Shown: positions 23,052 through 38,089 of the stretch, piece by piece | Numbering within the stretch: position 1 is the first letter of the stretch | Layout of the letters: each line of letters starts with the position of its first letter | From: an uncultured Hormoscilla sp. | GTDB lineage: Bacteria > Cyanobacteriota > Cyanobacteriia > Cyanobacteriales > Desertifilaceae | DNA length: 64,000 nt | Assembly (NCBI GenBank): GCA_963921275.4 | Contig: OZ001293.3 | Coordinates: forward strand, 1,824,001-1,888,000 | Reading direction: 5' to 3' | Program-made: the position numbers and the translations under genes | Notes under the pieces: model-generated | What the model was told of the DNA's origin: nothing | What the model saw: the letters and a program-made list of their open reading frames with translations, nothing else | Database searches by the model: none

Positions 23052-23375
23052 TATATTAAGACTGGCTACCATTGAGCAATATCAAACAACTTGTCAACGC
23101 GCGATTTCGAGAGCGTACTGCGATCGCCCTCCAGATGAAATTTTTTTCAGTGGAATTGAACCAATGCCCTCACATCCGGTATGGCGGAAGACGTTGGAGC
23201 TGATTCTTCACCATCTGGACAATACGACTACTGGCTCCGAAGCCAAAATATCAATTTGATTGACAAAGCGACTCATATTTGCCAATCATGACTGCTGTTA
23301 TAATTGTAAAGAAATATGTGAGTAAGGTATAGTTGGCAAGGGGGGGTTTGGGGGGGATCGGCAGCACAGAGGTGA

Positions 23376-23591
23376 ATGATGTCTAGTCAAATTACGCTGA
23401 CTGTAAATGGTGAATCTTGTACTTGCCCACCCCACACCCCCTTGCCTACTTTGTTAGAGCAACTGGGGTTAAATCCTCCCTTGGTGGCTGTTGAGTATAA
23501 TGGAGAAATTCTGCATCGGCAATTCTGGTCCCAGACCCAAGTCCAAGAGGGCGATCGTCTGGAAATTGTCACTATTGTCGGCGGGGGATGA
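23376..23591 (+). CDS. thiS: Sulfur carrier protein ThiS
   Basis: 71 aa, VAVEYNGEIL, C-terminal VTIVGGG. Confidence 0.95.
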   Translation: MMSSQITLTVNGESCTCPPHTPLPTLLEQLGLNPPLVAVEYNGEILHRQFWSQTQVQEGDRLEIVTIVGGG

Positions 23592-23849
23592 GGTCGCGTC
23601 TGTGAGGGCATCGGCCCTGTTATTCCCATCCTCATCTAACATGGTCGATCGCGCTCTGTCCAGGTAGGCGATAATCGACGATCGGGAAAAACTCCTATAG
23701 TTTACCCAAGCCAAGGCCTTAGCGTAGCAGCGTTTCGCGTAGCGGCGCGTCAGCGCTAGCGTGCTTTAGCGCTAGCATTCGGGTAGCTAATCAAAAGAAA
23801 AAATCGATAAGTTATCTGCCCGAATGCTTCGCCCCTACAACCTGATTTT

Positions 23850-24534
23850 CTTCATTTTCATCCCATCTGAGGGGATTCTCTATGATATATCACCTGATGT
23901 AGTGATCTGCTCTCTCGTCGCTGTATTTCGTCATGGTAACCGCGCTGCCATAAGGTGCCCGAATTGTGAATTAGGCGATTTACCGGCGCGTTGCTATTAA
24001 TTTGAAGTTTTGAACTATTGCCCCCAATGAAGCTGATTTTGTGCCGCGAGAGAGTTTATGGCCATAAGATTCTCGATCAATAACAGAGGTGCTTTGCTTC
24101 CTTACAGATTCCCTAATCACAATAATTACATGTACATGATTGGGCATGACTACAAAAGCATCCAATTCTACAAAGGTAAAATGACGCGGCAATTTAAACC
24201 AAGCTGCCTCAACCGTTGATCCGATGAGATTCGGTTGCATGACTCCATTGATAATTTCACATAACAAACATTGCCTTTTGTGACAGCAGATAGTGAGGGA
24301 GCATCTCACTTTTGTATTTGTATTCGCGAATGGTACGGAGCTAATTGCGAATTGTGAATGTAACTGTTTTATATTTTTGTTTACTATTTTTGATTTCCCG
24401 TTTCAAATTTTAAATTGCTAAATTTGCAAAACTGAGATGCACCCGATAGTGACATAATATGCACCAGCATTTCGATAATCATATCCTTGTAGGCGAATTG
24501 AGCGACGATGGTGTTTTTCGGGATTATACTTCAT
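23850..24534 (-). pseudogene. REP-associated tyrosine transposase (RAYT) interrupted by a MITE
   Basis: MKYNPEKHHRRSIRLQGYDY..GAYYVTIC, VVMPNHVH (HUH), SLGAIVQNFK; REP-like CGAATGCTTCGCCCCTAC at ~23821. Confidence 0.88.
24297..24444. mobile_element. 148-bp MITE
   Basis: TIRs GGGAGCATCTCA / TGAGATGCACCC; 8-bp TSD GATAGTGA; removal restores the RAYT frame. Confidence 0.9.
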
Positions 24535-24892
24535 ATCTGGACAGTGCGAAGTTCTTTGGGGAACTGCTCAAGCATGGAAGCGGGTTTGGGCCCGAGAGAC
24601 CTATATGCAACAATTCGCGGGCTCCTAAAGGCTGTAAGCCTTTCGTCCCAAGATGTTCAGCTTTTAGGATCGCTCCTATTTTCAGAGAACTTCCCACTCT
24701 TCAGAACGAGCGCAATCTTAAGGCTTATCGGAAACACTTCATACAACGGTTAGGGTTGTGGTTTTCGTTTGAGCGCTCTTCGTCGTTATGTTTAGCTTGG
24801 TGACGGGAGCTGCGATGAAAGTATTGATGGCACCATTCTACACTTGTGAACTAGCTCCTGCACGACAGACAAAAGTATACAACCAGGAGTAA

Positions 24893-25721
24893 GGTAGTGA
24901 TAAATATGTAGTGATAGAACATTCCATCCCTCTATTAATCCTTACTTTTCTTAGGAATGATATAACAGCTCTTTATCTTAGCCAAATTGATAGCAATGAT
25001 AAAATATTCTCATGTATAGCTCATCAGAAAAATGCTCTTATGTTATTAGTCAAAAGCGAGTATAGACTTATGAACACATCATCATCGTCGCGACCCAATT
25101 GCCCTTATTGTAATTGTGAGCGAACAGTAAAAAATGGTAGTACTCATAATAAAAAGCAAAAATATCTCAAAAATCTGCAATAAATTGAAAACCAGACAGC
25201 AGGTATCGTCCGAAAAGAAAAAGAATATAGATGAGCTATTACTTGAAAGAATAGCGTCGAGTAAAGGTTTCACAAACGTTAATAAAAAATCTGCCGTGAT
25301 ATAAAGGTTTCAGACAAGCCCAAAGGAAAATTGACATGTGATGAAATGTGGTCTTGGGAATAAAGAAAACAAACATTGGCACTTGATACAAAAACAAGAG
25401 AAATTGTAGGAGTTTGGCGATCGCAGTCTCAGCAAAAAAATTGTGGAAATTGTAAATATTTACTTCCTGTTTATCGAGGCAGTTTTTTACTTTTTTGGAA
25501 GCATATAACAATACGGAAAAAGCGTTACTATTACGGTAGGTAAAGAAACTGGAAAAACTAATCATATTGAAAGTTTAAACAACGAGGCAAAGAATTAGTC
25601 GCTTGGTTCGGAAAACATTATCATTCTCTAAGAAGAAAATCACGCGATTTGGTATTTTGTGCATGATTACAACAAATGCTTGTCGGGTTAGTTGTGCCAT
25701 CACTACATGTTTATCACTACC
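24893..25721 (+). mobile_element. Degraded IS1-family element
   Basis: TIRs GGTAGTGATAAA(T/C)ATGTAGTGAT; 9-bp TSD CAGGAG(T/C)AA; CPYC..TVKNG zinc ribbon and RLVRKTLSFSK motif. Confidence 0.9.
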
Positions 25722-26006
25722 CAGGAGCAAAAGTGACTGCTCTCAAGGGTAAGAGGTTAGGTATTGGCGACCAGATTATTAGCCTCTACAAACCCAAAAA
25801 ACGTCCCAATCACATAAGTGCTCAAGATTCGATGATATCGAAATGAGGCAACGGCGTCAAGAGTTGAAAGCACAGTTACTCAAATGATGCAGGCTTAAGT
25901 CAGTGCCATTCAACCATAGTGCGGCAGTCGGTAACCATTGTTTAGTGAGATAACCCAACCGGAGGTACTTTGAAGACTCTAGCCCGCGCAGATCCTATGA
26001 AGAATG

Positions 26007-26954
26007 TCAAGGGGTGGCGAGCATTTTTTTTGCATAGTTGGGGTCAAACGGTTTTCCCGACTTCAAGACCCCATAAGCCAGACACAAGAGCTTGTGCATG
26101 GCCGCACAAATAATGGCTCGCGCCCGCTTTACCCCTTTCCAACAGGCGATCGCAAAATGCCGGGCGCACAGGGTTAAAACGTCGAGCTGACATGGCCGGC
26201 ATATACAATGTTTTACGAAGCTTAGCATTACCGGTCTTACACAGGCGTGTTTTGCCTCGTACCGAAGAGCCAGAAACCTGCTGCCTCGGTGTAACCCCAG
26301 CATAAGCAGATACGAGACTCGCACTATCGTAAGTGTCAATCTCTTCGGCTAGTAGTTTAGCAGCCGTCAGTTCACCCACTCCGGGAATCGACAGGAGTAA
26401 CTCCTGCTGATGCTTCAGGTTCTCATGAGTATCTATTAGCTCAGTAATGAGCTGTTTGATTTGCTCAATTTGTCCATCGAGAAAAGTAATGTGCTCTTCT
26501 AACAACTGTACAACACAATCCTGCTTAATCAAGGAGTTAAGCCGGTTGACTTCAGTCTGGCGTAGACTTTGCACTGATTCCAGTTGTCGAATCAATGCTT
26601 GTAGTTGCTGTATTTCTGGTGGAGATGGACTCCAAGCTGGAGGTTGATTTTGTTCGCAATACTGAGCAATTAGTTGACAATCCCCTTTGTCCGTCTTATT
26701 GCGAGACAACTTGCTTTGACCAAAAGCCTTAATGCAAGCAGGGTTAACAATACTGACAGTGTGTCCTTGCTCATACAACCATTCAGCGACAGCTTCGCCA
26801 TAACGACCGGTTGCCTCGCTCGCAAGCATGAACTTGACCTACCTTCTGCTTAGCCAACCACTCACCGAGTTGTTCCATTCCTTCTAATGTGTTAGAGAAG
26901 ATTTTGTGCTAAGACTTGCCCTCTAGCAACAAAGCTACATCGAAAAAATCTTTA
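26007..26954 (-). mobile_element. IS110-family transposase pseudogene
   Basis: EATG, RNKTDKGD, LLSIPGVG, SGSSVRG and GNAKLRKTLYM motifs; internal stop and frameshifts; N-terminus replaced by an intron 3' end. Confidence 0.9.
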
Positions 26955-27023
26955 TTAGGGGTCGAGCTAGGAATCGCTTCGGTACCCTCCCGTTCGGAGC
27001 CGGACGTGCGACTTTCACCGCAC
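26954..27023 (-). ncRNA. Group II intron 3' fragment (part of domain V plus domain VI)
   Basis: GTGCGGTGAAAGTCGCACGTCCGGCTCC...CTCGACCCCTAAT; same terminus as copy 1. Confidence 0.85.
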
Positions 27024-27026
27024 TTT

Positions 27027-28282
27027 CTATTGCTCCCAGTCAATAGCAAAACATGAAAGAGCAAATCCGGTTTTATTTCTCTCCTGCCAACTGGTGTCTG
27101 GAGGAACTTTCCCATATAAATCAACTTGATATTCTGTTTCAGAGCTGACTAGATTGTCAGCCTTTACATAAGCAGTATCGAGAAGATATGCACTTTGCAG
27201 TAGTTGCTTTTCTGCTAGGTGAGCGTGGATAATAGGAGTCATTTTTCCATCTGAGGTTGTTGCGCTTGTTGTCTCGACGTTCCTTATTATATGCGGACAA
27301 TTTTCCAGAGCAAGTTTCCCTTAGATCGACTTTATAGCCAGTCCAGTTTGTATCTCATGAGCTTGCAGTTGCGCGGGTCCCATAAGAGATTCAATCGACA
27401 GTTTGTTGGGAGGTACTCCGATCGCGCTGCGCTGGGGGCGCAGCCATGTGCTTTCCTTTTGTCGCCATACTAGGCTCTCTGCTACAAAAGCCTATTGCTG
27501 CACCCAAACTTGTCGCAGAATTTCTACCCTATCCAGCCCTTGTAACTTTTGAGTAGTTGCCCAGTTATAAATAGCCTCTAAAATTAAGTGTCCGTCTGCA
27601 CCAATGGCTAGGGCTAATTCCTCTTGTTCTTTTTTTTCTATGGCTGCGCCACGCTGCGCGATTGGGTAATAGATATTGTTCAAACCTTGTTCCATATCGG
27701 TCAAACCAATCTGGAGTCACTCTTCGTAAGAAGCCATTCCGGAGCATGAGTGGCTAGTTCCCTATCGAGCATGGCGCTCCCGTTTCTCCTACTAGCTCCA
27801 AGGGGTTAACACATCTAATAGCTGCTCTTATCATGGGTGGCGTCACTACCTTGTGTGCCTCGAGAACGGAGCCAAAATTGCTCTCTCAATTTTGTCAGCA
27901 TTAAATCTAGTAGTTGATTTTCTTGTTTTTTCGCTATCAGACCCTCGCGAAATTCCGTCAACACTGTATAGTCAAAACCCTCCTCAGTTAATTCTAGGCC
28001 TAAAGCATACTTCCAATCAATACACCGAACCCACGGCATCAGCGGCTTGTCTATCTGGAACGACCAACGGCTTCCTGCATAATTGTAATTAGCGCTAACT
28101 TGGCTCTGTGACATTGCCGATTGTCCACATCTGGGCTCAAGAGACTCAAAGTCGTTATCTGTTTATATTTCTCCTAATTGTTCGTGCATTGTCATGTATA
28201 TGTTCCCAAAGGGAAACGATGCTTTCGCCACTGCGACTGTTTCTGGGGGCACAATCCATTGTAGTGAGGGATGAAGGGTCAT
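27027..28282 (-). mobile_element. IS1182-like transposase pseudogene
   Basis: VRCIDWKYALGLEL..GFDYTVLTEFR, ILRQVWVQQ and YLLDTAYV fragments in different frames. Confidence 0.8.
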
Positions 28283-28543
28283 AAGTAATTGGGGCGGTAT
28301 GGGTTTGTATAGCTCACTCTCCCATGTTTCCGCGTGAGTTTTCCTATCTATCGTAACTCAACACCTGCTGATTGGCTCTCCTTGGGGTACAATGGGGGCG
28401 AAGCCCCCATTCGCCAACCGAATCCTTTAGGGTGAGGGCTTTAGGGTGAGGGTGCGTGGTAAGGCAAAAACGGGATGCACCTCCAATCGGGAATTAGCAA
28501 ATTAACTGCTAAAATAGAATCATCAAGAACCGAGAGGAAAAAT

Positions 28544-29638
28544 ATGGGAAATAGCTTCGGGCATTTGTTGAGAATTACCACATTTGGGGAATCCCACGGC
28601 GGCGGAGTCGGCGTCATAATAGATGGGTGTCCCCCCCGACTGGAAATAGATGCCTCCGAAATTCAGCGAGAATTAAACCGCAGGCGTCCGGGACAGAGTA
28701 AAATAACCACGCCCCGCCAAGAAGCAGACAGCTGCGAGATCCTCTCGGGGGTGTTCGAGGGCAAAAGCTTGGGCACCCCGATCGCCCTTTTAGTTCGGAA
28801 CAAGGACTCTCGCTCCCAAGATTACCAGGAAATGGCACAAAAATATCGCCCTTCCCATGCCGATGCTACCTATGATGCTAAATATGGTATCCGCAACTGG
28901 CAGGGGGGCGGACGGGCTTCGGCTCGGGAGACCATCGGCAGAGTCGCAGCAGGGGCGATCGCCAAAAAAATCCTTCGGGTAGCTACTAATGTAGAAATCA
29001 TCGGTTACGTCAAGCGGATCAAAGATCTCGAAGGGGTCGTAGATCCAGACACCGTGACTATGGAGCAAGTGGAAAGCAATATTGTCCGCTGTCCCGACTC
29101 CGAATGTGCCGATCGCATGATTGCCCTGATCGAGGAGGTCGGGCGTCAAGGGGACTCACTGGGGGGAGTCGTGGAATGCGTGGCCCGCAACGTGCCCGTA
29201 GGCTTAGGAATGCCAGTATTTGACAAGCTGGAAGCTGACCTGGCAAAATCGATCATGTCCTTACCCGCCAGCAAAGGGTTTGAAATTGGCTCGGGCTTCG
29301 CGGGAACCCTGCTAGCAGGCAGCGAGCACAACGATGAATTCTACAGGGACGACCAGGGAAAGATCCGCACCCGCACCAACCGTTCTGGGGGGATCCAGGG
29401 AGGGATTTCCAACGGCGAACCGATTATCTTAAGGGCAGCATTTAAGCCCACTGCTACCATCAGAAAAGAACAACCCACGGTGACCAGTGCAGGTACCCAA
29501 ACAGTGCTAGCAGCAAAAGGGCGTCATGACCCTTGCGTTTTACCAAGAGCCGTGCCTATGGTAGAAGCTATGGTCGCCCTAGTGCTATGCGATCACCTGC
29601 TGCGTCACCAGGGTCAATGCGGAACATTAAAGCCTTAA
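28544..29638 (+). CDS. aroC: Chorismate synthase
   Basis: [24 protein letters not shown] and GRHDPCV motifs. Confidence 0.97.
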   Translation: MGNSFGHLLRITTFGESHGGGVGVIIDGCPPRLEIDASEIQRELNRRRPGQSKITTPRQEADSCEILSGVFEGKSLGTPIALLVRNKDSRSQDYQEMAQKYRPSHADATYDAKYGIRNWQGGGRASARETIGRVAAGAIAKKILRVATNVEIIGYVKRIKDLEGVVDPDTVTMEQVESNIVRCPDSECADRMIALIEEVGRQGDSLGGVVECVARNVPVGLGMPVFDKLEADLAKSIMSLPASKGFEIGSGFAGTLLAGSEHNDEFYRDDQGKIRTRTNRSGGIQGGISNGEPIILRAAFKPTATIRKEQPTVTSAGTQTVLAAKGRHDPCVLPRAVPMVEAMVALVLCDHLLRHQGQCGTLKP

Positions 29639-29645
29639 ATTACCA

Positions 29646-30515
29646 ATGAAAACCAGCAGTTCATCCGATTTTTCCCCAACGGTGTTTGCAGTTCAATTCT
29701 GGGGAGTGCGAGGCAGCATTCCCGCCCCTGGTGAAGAAACAGTCCGCTATGGAGGCAATACCTCCTGCATAGAAATGCGAGTGGGTGGTAAGCGCCTGAT
29801 TTTTGATGGCGGCACTGGTATTCAGATGCTGGCCCTGGATCTCAAATCCCACAGGCCTCTAGAGGCCCATCTGTTTTTTACTCACTACCATTGGGACCAC
29901 ATCCAAGGGATACCATTTTTTACTCCCATGTTTACCCCCGGCAATCGCATCCACATCCGGGGCAACACCCCACCACCAGAAAGTCAATCCCTGGAAGAGC
30001 ATTTCCTGAATCGGGTAATGCATGTCTATTCGCCAGTACCAACGCCGACATTGCAAGCTGACCTGAAGTTCTCTAAATTAGAACCGGGTGAGGTGATGAT
30101 GCTAGAGGATATTAGCATCGAAACAGGTCTGCTGAACCATCCCAATGGGGCGATGGGATATCGCGTTACCTGGGACGGACACTCAGTTGTTTACTGCACT
30201 GATACAGAACATTACTTTGATCGCCTGGATAAAGATGTGCTACACCTGGCCCGTAACGCCGATGTCTTGATTTATGATGCCATGTACACGGATGAGGAAT
30301 ATCATAACCCCAAAGCTCCCAAGGTGGGATGGGGACATTCCACTTGGCAGGAAGGGGTGAAAGTGGCCAAGACGGCGGGGGTGAAGGAACTGGTGATTTT
30401 CCATCATGAACCCAACCACAATGATGATATCCTCAATCGGATCGCTCTTACTGTCAAAGAGGCTTTTCCCCATGCTGTACTTGCCCGAGAAGGGATGATT
30501 CTGCCAGTAATTTGA
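29646..30515 (+). CDS. MBL-fold metallo-hydrolase
   Basis: FWGVRGS, THYHWDH, WGHST and FHHEP motifs. Confidence 0.92.
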   Translation: MKTSSSSDFSPTVFAVQFWGVRGSIPAPGEETVRYGGNTSCIEMRVGGKRLIFDGGTGIQMLALDLKSHRPLEAHLFFTHYHWDHIQGIPFFTPMFTPGNRIHIRGNTPPPESQSLEEHFLNRVMHVYSPVPTPTLQADLKFSKLEPGEVMMLEDISIETGLLNHPNGAMGYRVTWDGHSVVYCTDTEHYFDRLDKDVLHLARNADVLIYDAMYTDEEYHNPKAPKVGWGHSTWQEGVKVAKTAGVKELVIFHHEPNHNDDILNRIALTVKEAFPHAVLAREGMILPVI

Positions 30516-31032
30516 GAATTGAGAATTGAGAATTGTAAATTGAGAATTGGGCGTTGCACCTAAAGGGGATGATGGTTGCTCTGTCAGTTGTCGGTTGTCA
30601 GTTGTCAGTTGTCATTAGATATGATATCTGGTCGATATTTGCCCTTGTACGTCGTTGTGCAACACGGCTGCGCCTGTTTTTATTTTTGAGAATTGAGAAT
30701 TGAGAATTGTAAATTGAGAATTGGGCGTTGCACCTAAGGGGATGATGGTTGCTCTGTCAGTTGTCGGTTGTCAGTTGTCAGTTGTCATTAGATATGATAT
30801 CTGGTCGATATTTGCCCTTGTACGTCGTTGTGCAACACGGCTGCGCCTGTTTTTATTTTTGAGAATTGAGAATTGAGAATTGTAAATTGAGAATTGGGCG
30901 TTGCACCTAAAGGGGATGATGGTTGATCTGTCAGTTGTCGGTTGTCAGTTGTCAGTTGTCATTAGATATGATATCTGGTCGATATTTGCCCTTGTACGTC
31001 GTTGTGCAACACGGCTGCGCCTGTTTTTATTT
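30513..31032 (+). repeat. ~174-bp near-identical tandem triplication containing heptamer repeats
   Basis: Units start at 30513, 30687 and 30860; each holds (TGAGAAT)n and (TGTCAGT)n. Confidence 0.95.
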
Positions 31033-31061
31033 AAGTTCCGCTAATCAAAGGAGGAAGACAG

Positions 31062-31540
31062 ATGAGCGAAAAACACCATCACCGAATTTGATGTCTGCAT
31101 CATTGGGGCTGGCTGGTCGGAGCTGCTGTCCTGTAAATATGCGCTCTCCGCATCAGCGAGCGTGTTGTTGTGCTGGAACAGCGCGACTGGCTGGGTGGAG
31201 TCTGGAATTACAGTGACGACCCGAATATTATCACGGTCATGGAATCCACGTCGATGCCTTCGGGTAGTGCGAATACGATGTCTCCTGGGTAGTGCGATTA
31301 GCGCGAGATGTCTCTTGGGTAGTGCGACTAGCGCTCCCAAGAGACACCTCACCAGGAGACATCGAGCTCCCGAGAGGCATCGAAACCTCAAGCACGGTTC
31401 CCGAAAAATCGGCTACGGTGACGGAAGCCGCTGACTTTCCGATGAAACCGGAACTGGGGAATTTTCTTCATAGAAAGGACATTCAGGCCTACTTGGAAGA
31501 GTTGGTTGCTAGTAGCGCTAAACTTAAGCAACTCTCATAA
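31062..31540 (+). pseudogene. Flavin-containing monooxygenase N-terminal relic
   Basis: GGAGG RBS; FDVCIIGAGWS, VVLEQRDWLGGVWNY and DFPM...DIQAYLE; frameshifted and split by nested palindromes. Confidence 0.7.
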
Positions 31541-31672
31541 AATCAGCTGTTTCCCGTAGTTTATGAACTGGCAGTAGTATAATTTAATTTTCTCATTTAA
31601 GTAATTCTCTACAGGATTTTGTTGAATTTTCGGCTCATAATGATATATAGAAGTTCAATGCCTCTTCATCCG

Positions 31673-32146
31673 TCAATTCGGCAAGTATTCACTATCCAGG
31701 GTCTCTGCTATCGAAAAAGGTGATTCATAGGGCAAAGCTTCTATGTCTAATCCTGTCTCCTCCGCCGCTAACTCCCTCGCATCTTGATAGCTTTCGTTAA
31801 AAACTTCATTAAAATAACCTTTCAAACTCGGACTCTCTTGAAAAGCTCTTTTTAATCTTTGTCTGTGCTCTCTGATCGTACTTCGCCAACTATTCGATTT
31901 CTCGCGCAGCGTTCGCCTTGAATGCTGCTCTCTGTACTTCAGCAAATGCATTAACAGAATCTTCAGGTTGCTGTACACCGCCCGTTTCTCCCTTCTACTC
32001 ATCCCCTCTAACTCTGCAAGTAAGTTGTCTAGGTCAATTCCGTTAAAAGCCCGATCGCGCAACTGCTCGATCGTCTTTTCTAACCACAGGTTGTAATCGA
32101 GATCGTAAAGCTTAGCAGAAGTCCCGATCGCTTCAGTAGTCATCAT
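31673..32146 (-). CDS. DUF29 family protein
   Basis: LYDLDYNLW, LLMHLLKY, SNSWRSTIREHR and ESPSLK motifs. Confidence 0.9.
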   Translation of the reverse strand: MMTTEAIGTSAKLYDLDYNLWLEKTIEQLRDRAFNGIDLDNLLAELEGMSRREKRAVYSNLKILLMHLLKYREQHSRRTLREKSNSWRSTIREHRQRLKRAFQESPSLKGYFNEVFNESYQDARELAAEETGLDIEALPYESPFSIAETLDSEYLPN

Positions 32147-32366
32147 GGCTGTTTTTCTCCTTCTCTTATTATCTCAAACCGATGTGCGATGGGTAGTGCG
32201 AATACAATTGCTTTTGTGCTCAACTGCGATCGCGTAGCGTGCGCGCAGCGCAATCTTCGGGGACACCGATAGCGCAGCGCTGGGGGCGCAGCCATGCGCG
32301 CAGAGCACATCGCCTCGGATGAGAAGCTGGGTTTCCGATCGCGCTAGGGTGGCGCCAGCCATGCTT

Positions 32367-37847
<5,481 letters not shown>

Positions 37848-37924
37848 TATCTAACATCTTCGCTGTCTCCTGAGAGCTTTCGGTGTCCCCTCGGGGACAC
37901 CGAACTCGCACTACCCAGGAGATG

Positions 37925-38033
37925 GGGAGTATCATCCCCTAAACCGCCATTAATAGTATCATTTCCCCGACCACCATTAAGCAGGTCGTCACCGTCCGTA
38001 CCATCTATCAGATTGTCCCCTGCCTCGTTCCCA
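37925..38033 (-). pseudogene. Short RTX-repeat relic
   Basis: Translates as GNEAGDNLIDGTDGDDLLNGGRGNDTINGGLGDDT, then is cut by a palindromic element. Confidence 0.55.
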
Positions 38034-38089
38034 CGGCTCTGCCTGGGAACGTAGCATTTTGACTGGAGATGTTCGCTGCCCCAAAGGTG

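Noticed and set aside
30923..31434. ORFs 30923-31216, 31041-31391 and 31162-31434
   Set aside because: They are built from repeat sequence and off-frame pieces of the monooxygenase relic.
31062..31540. Assignment of the monooxygenase relic to a halogenase or natural-product cluster
   Set aside because: Only a generic FAD-binding N-terminus remains and there are no neighbouring pathway genes.
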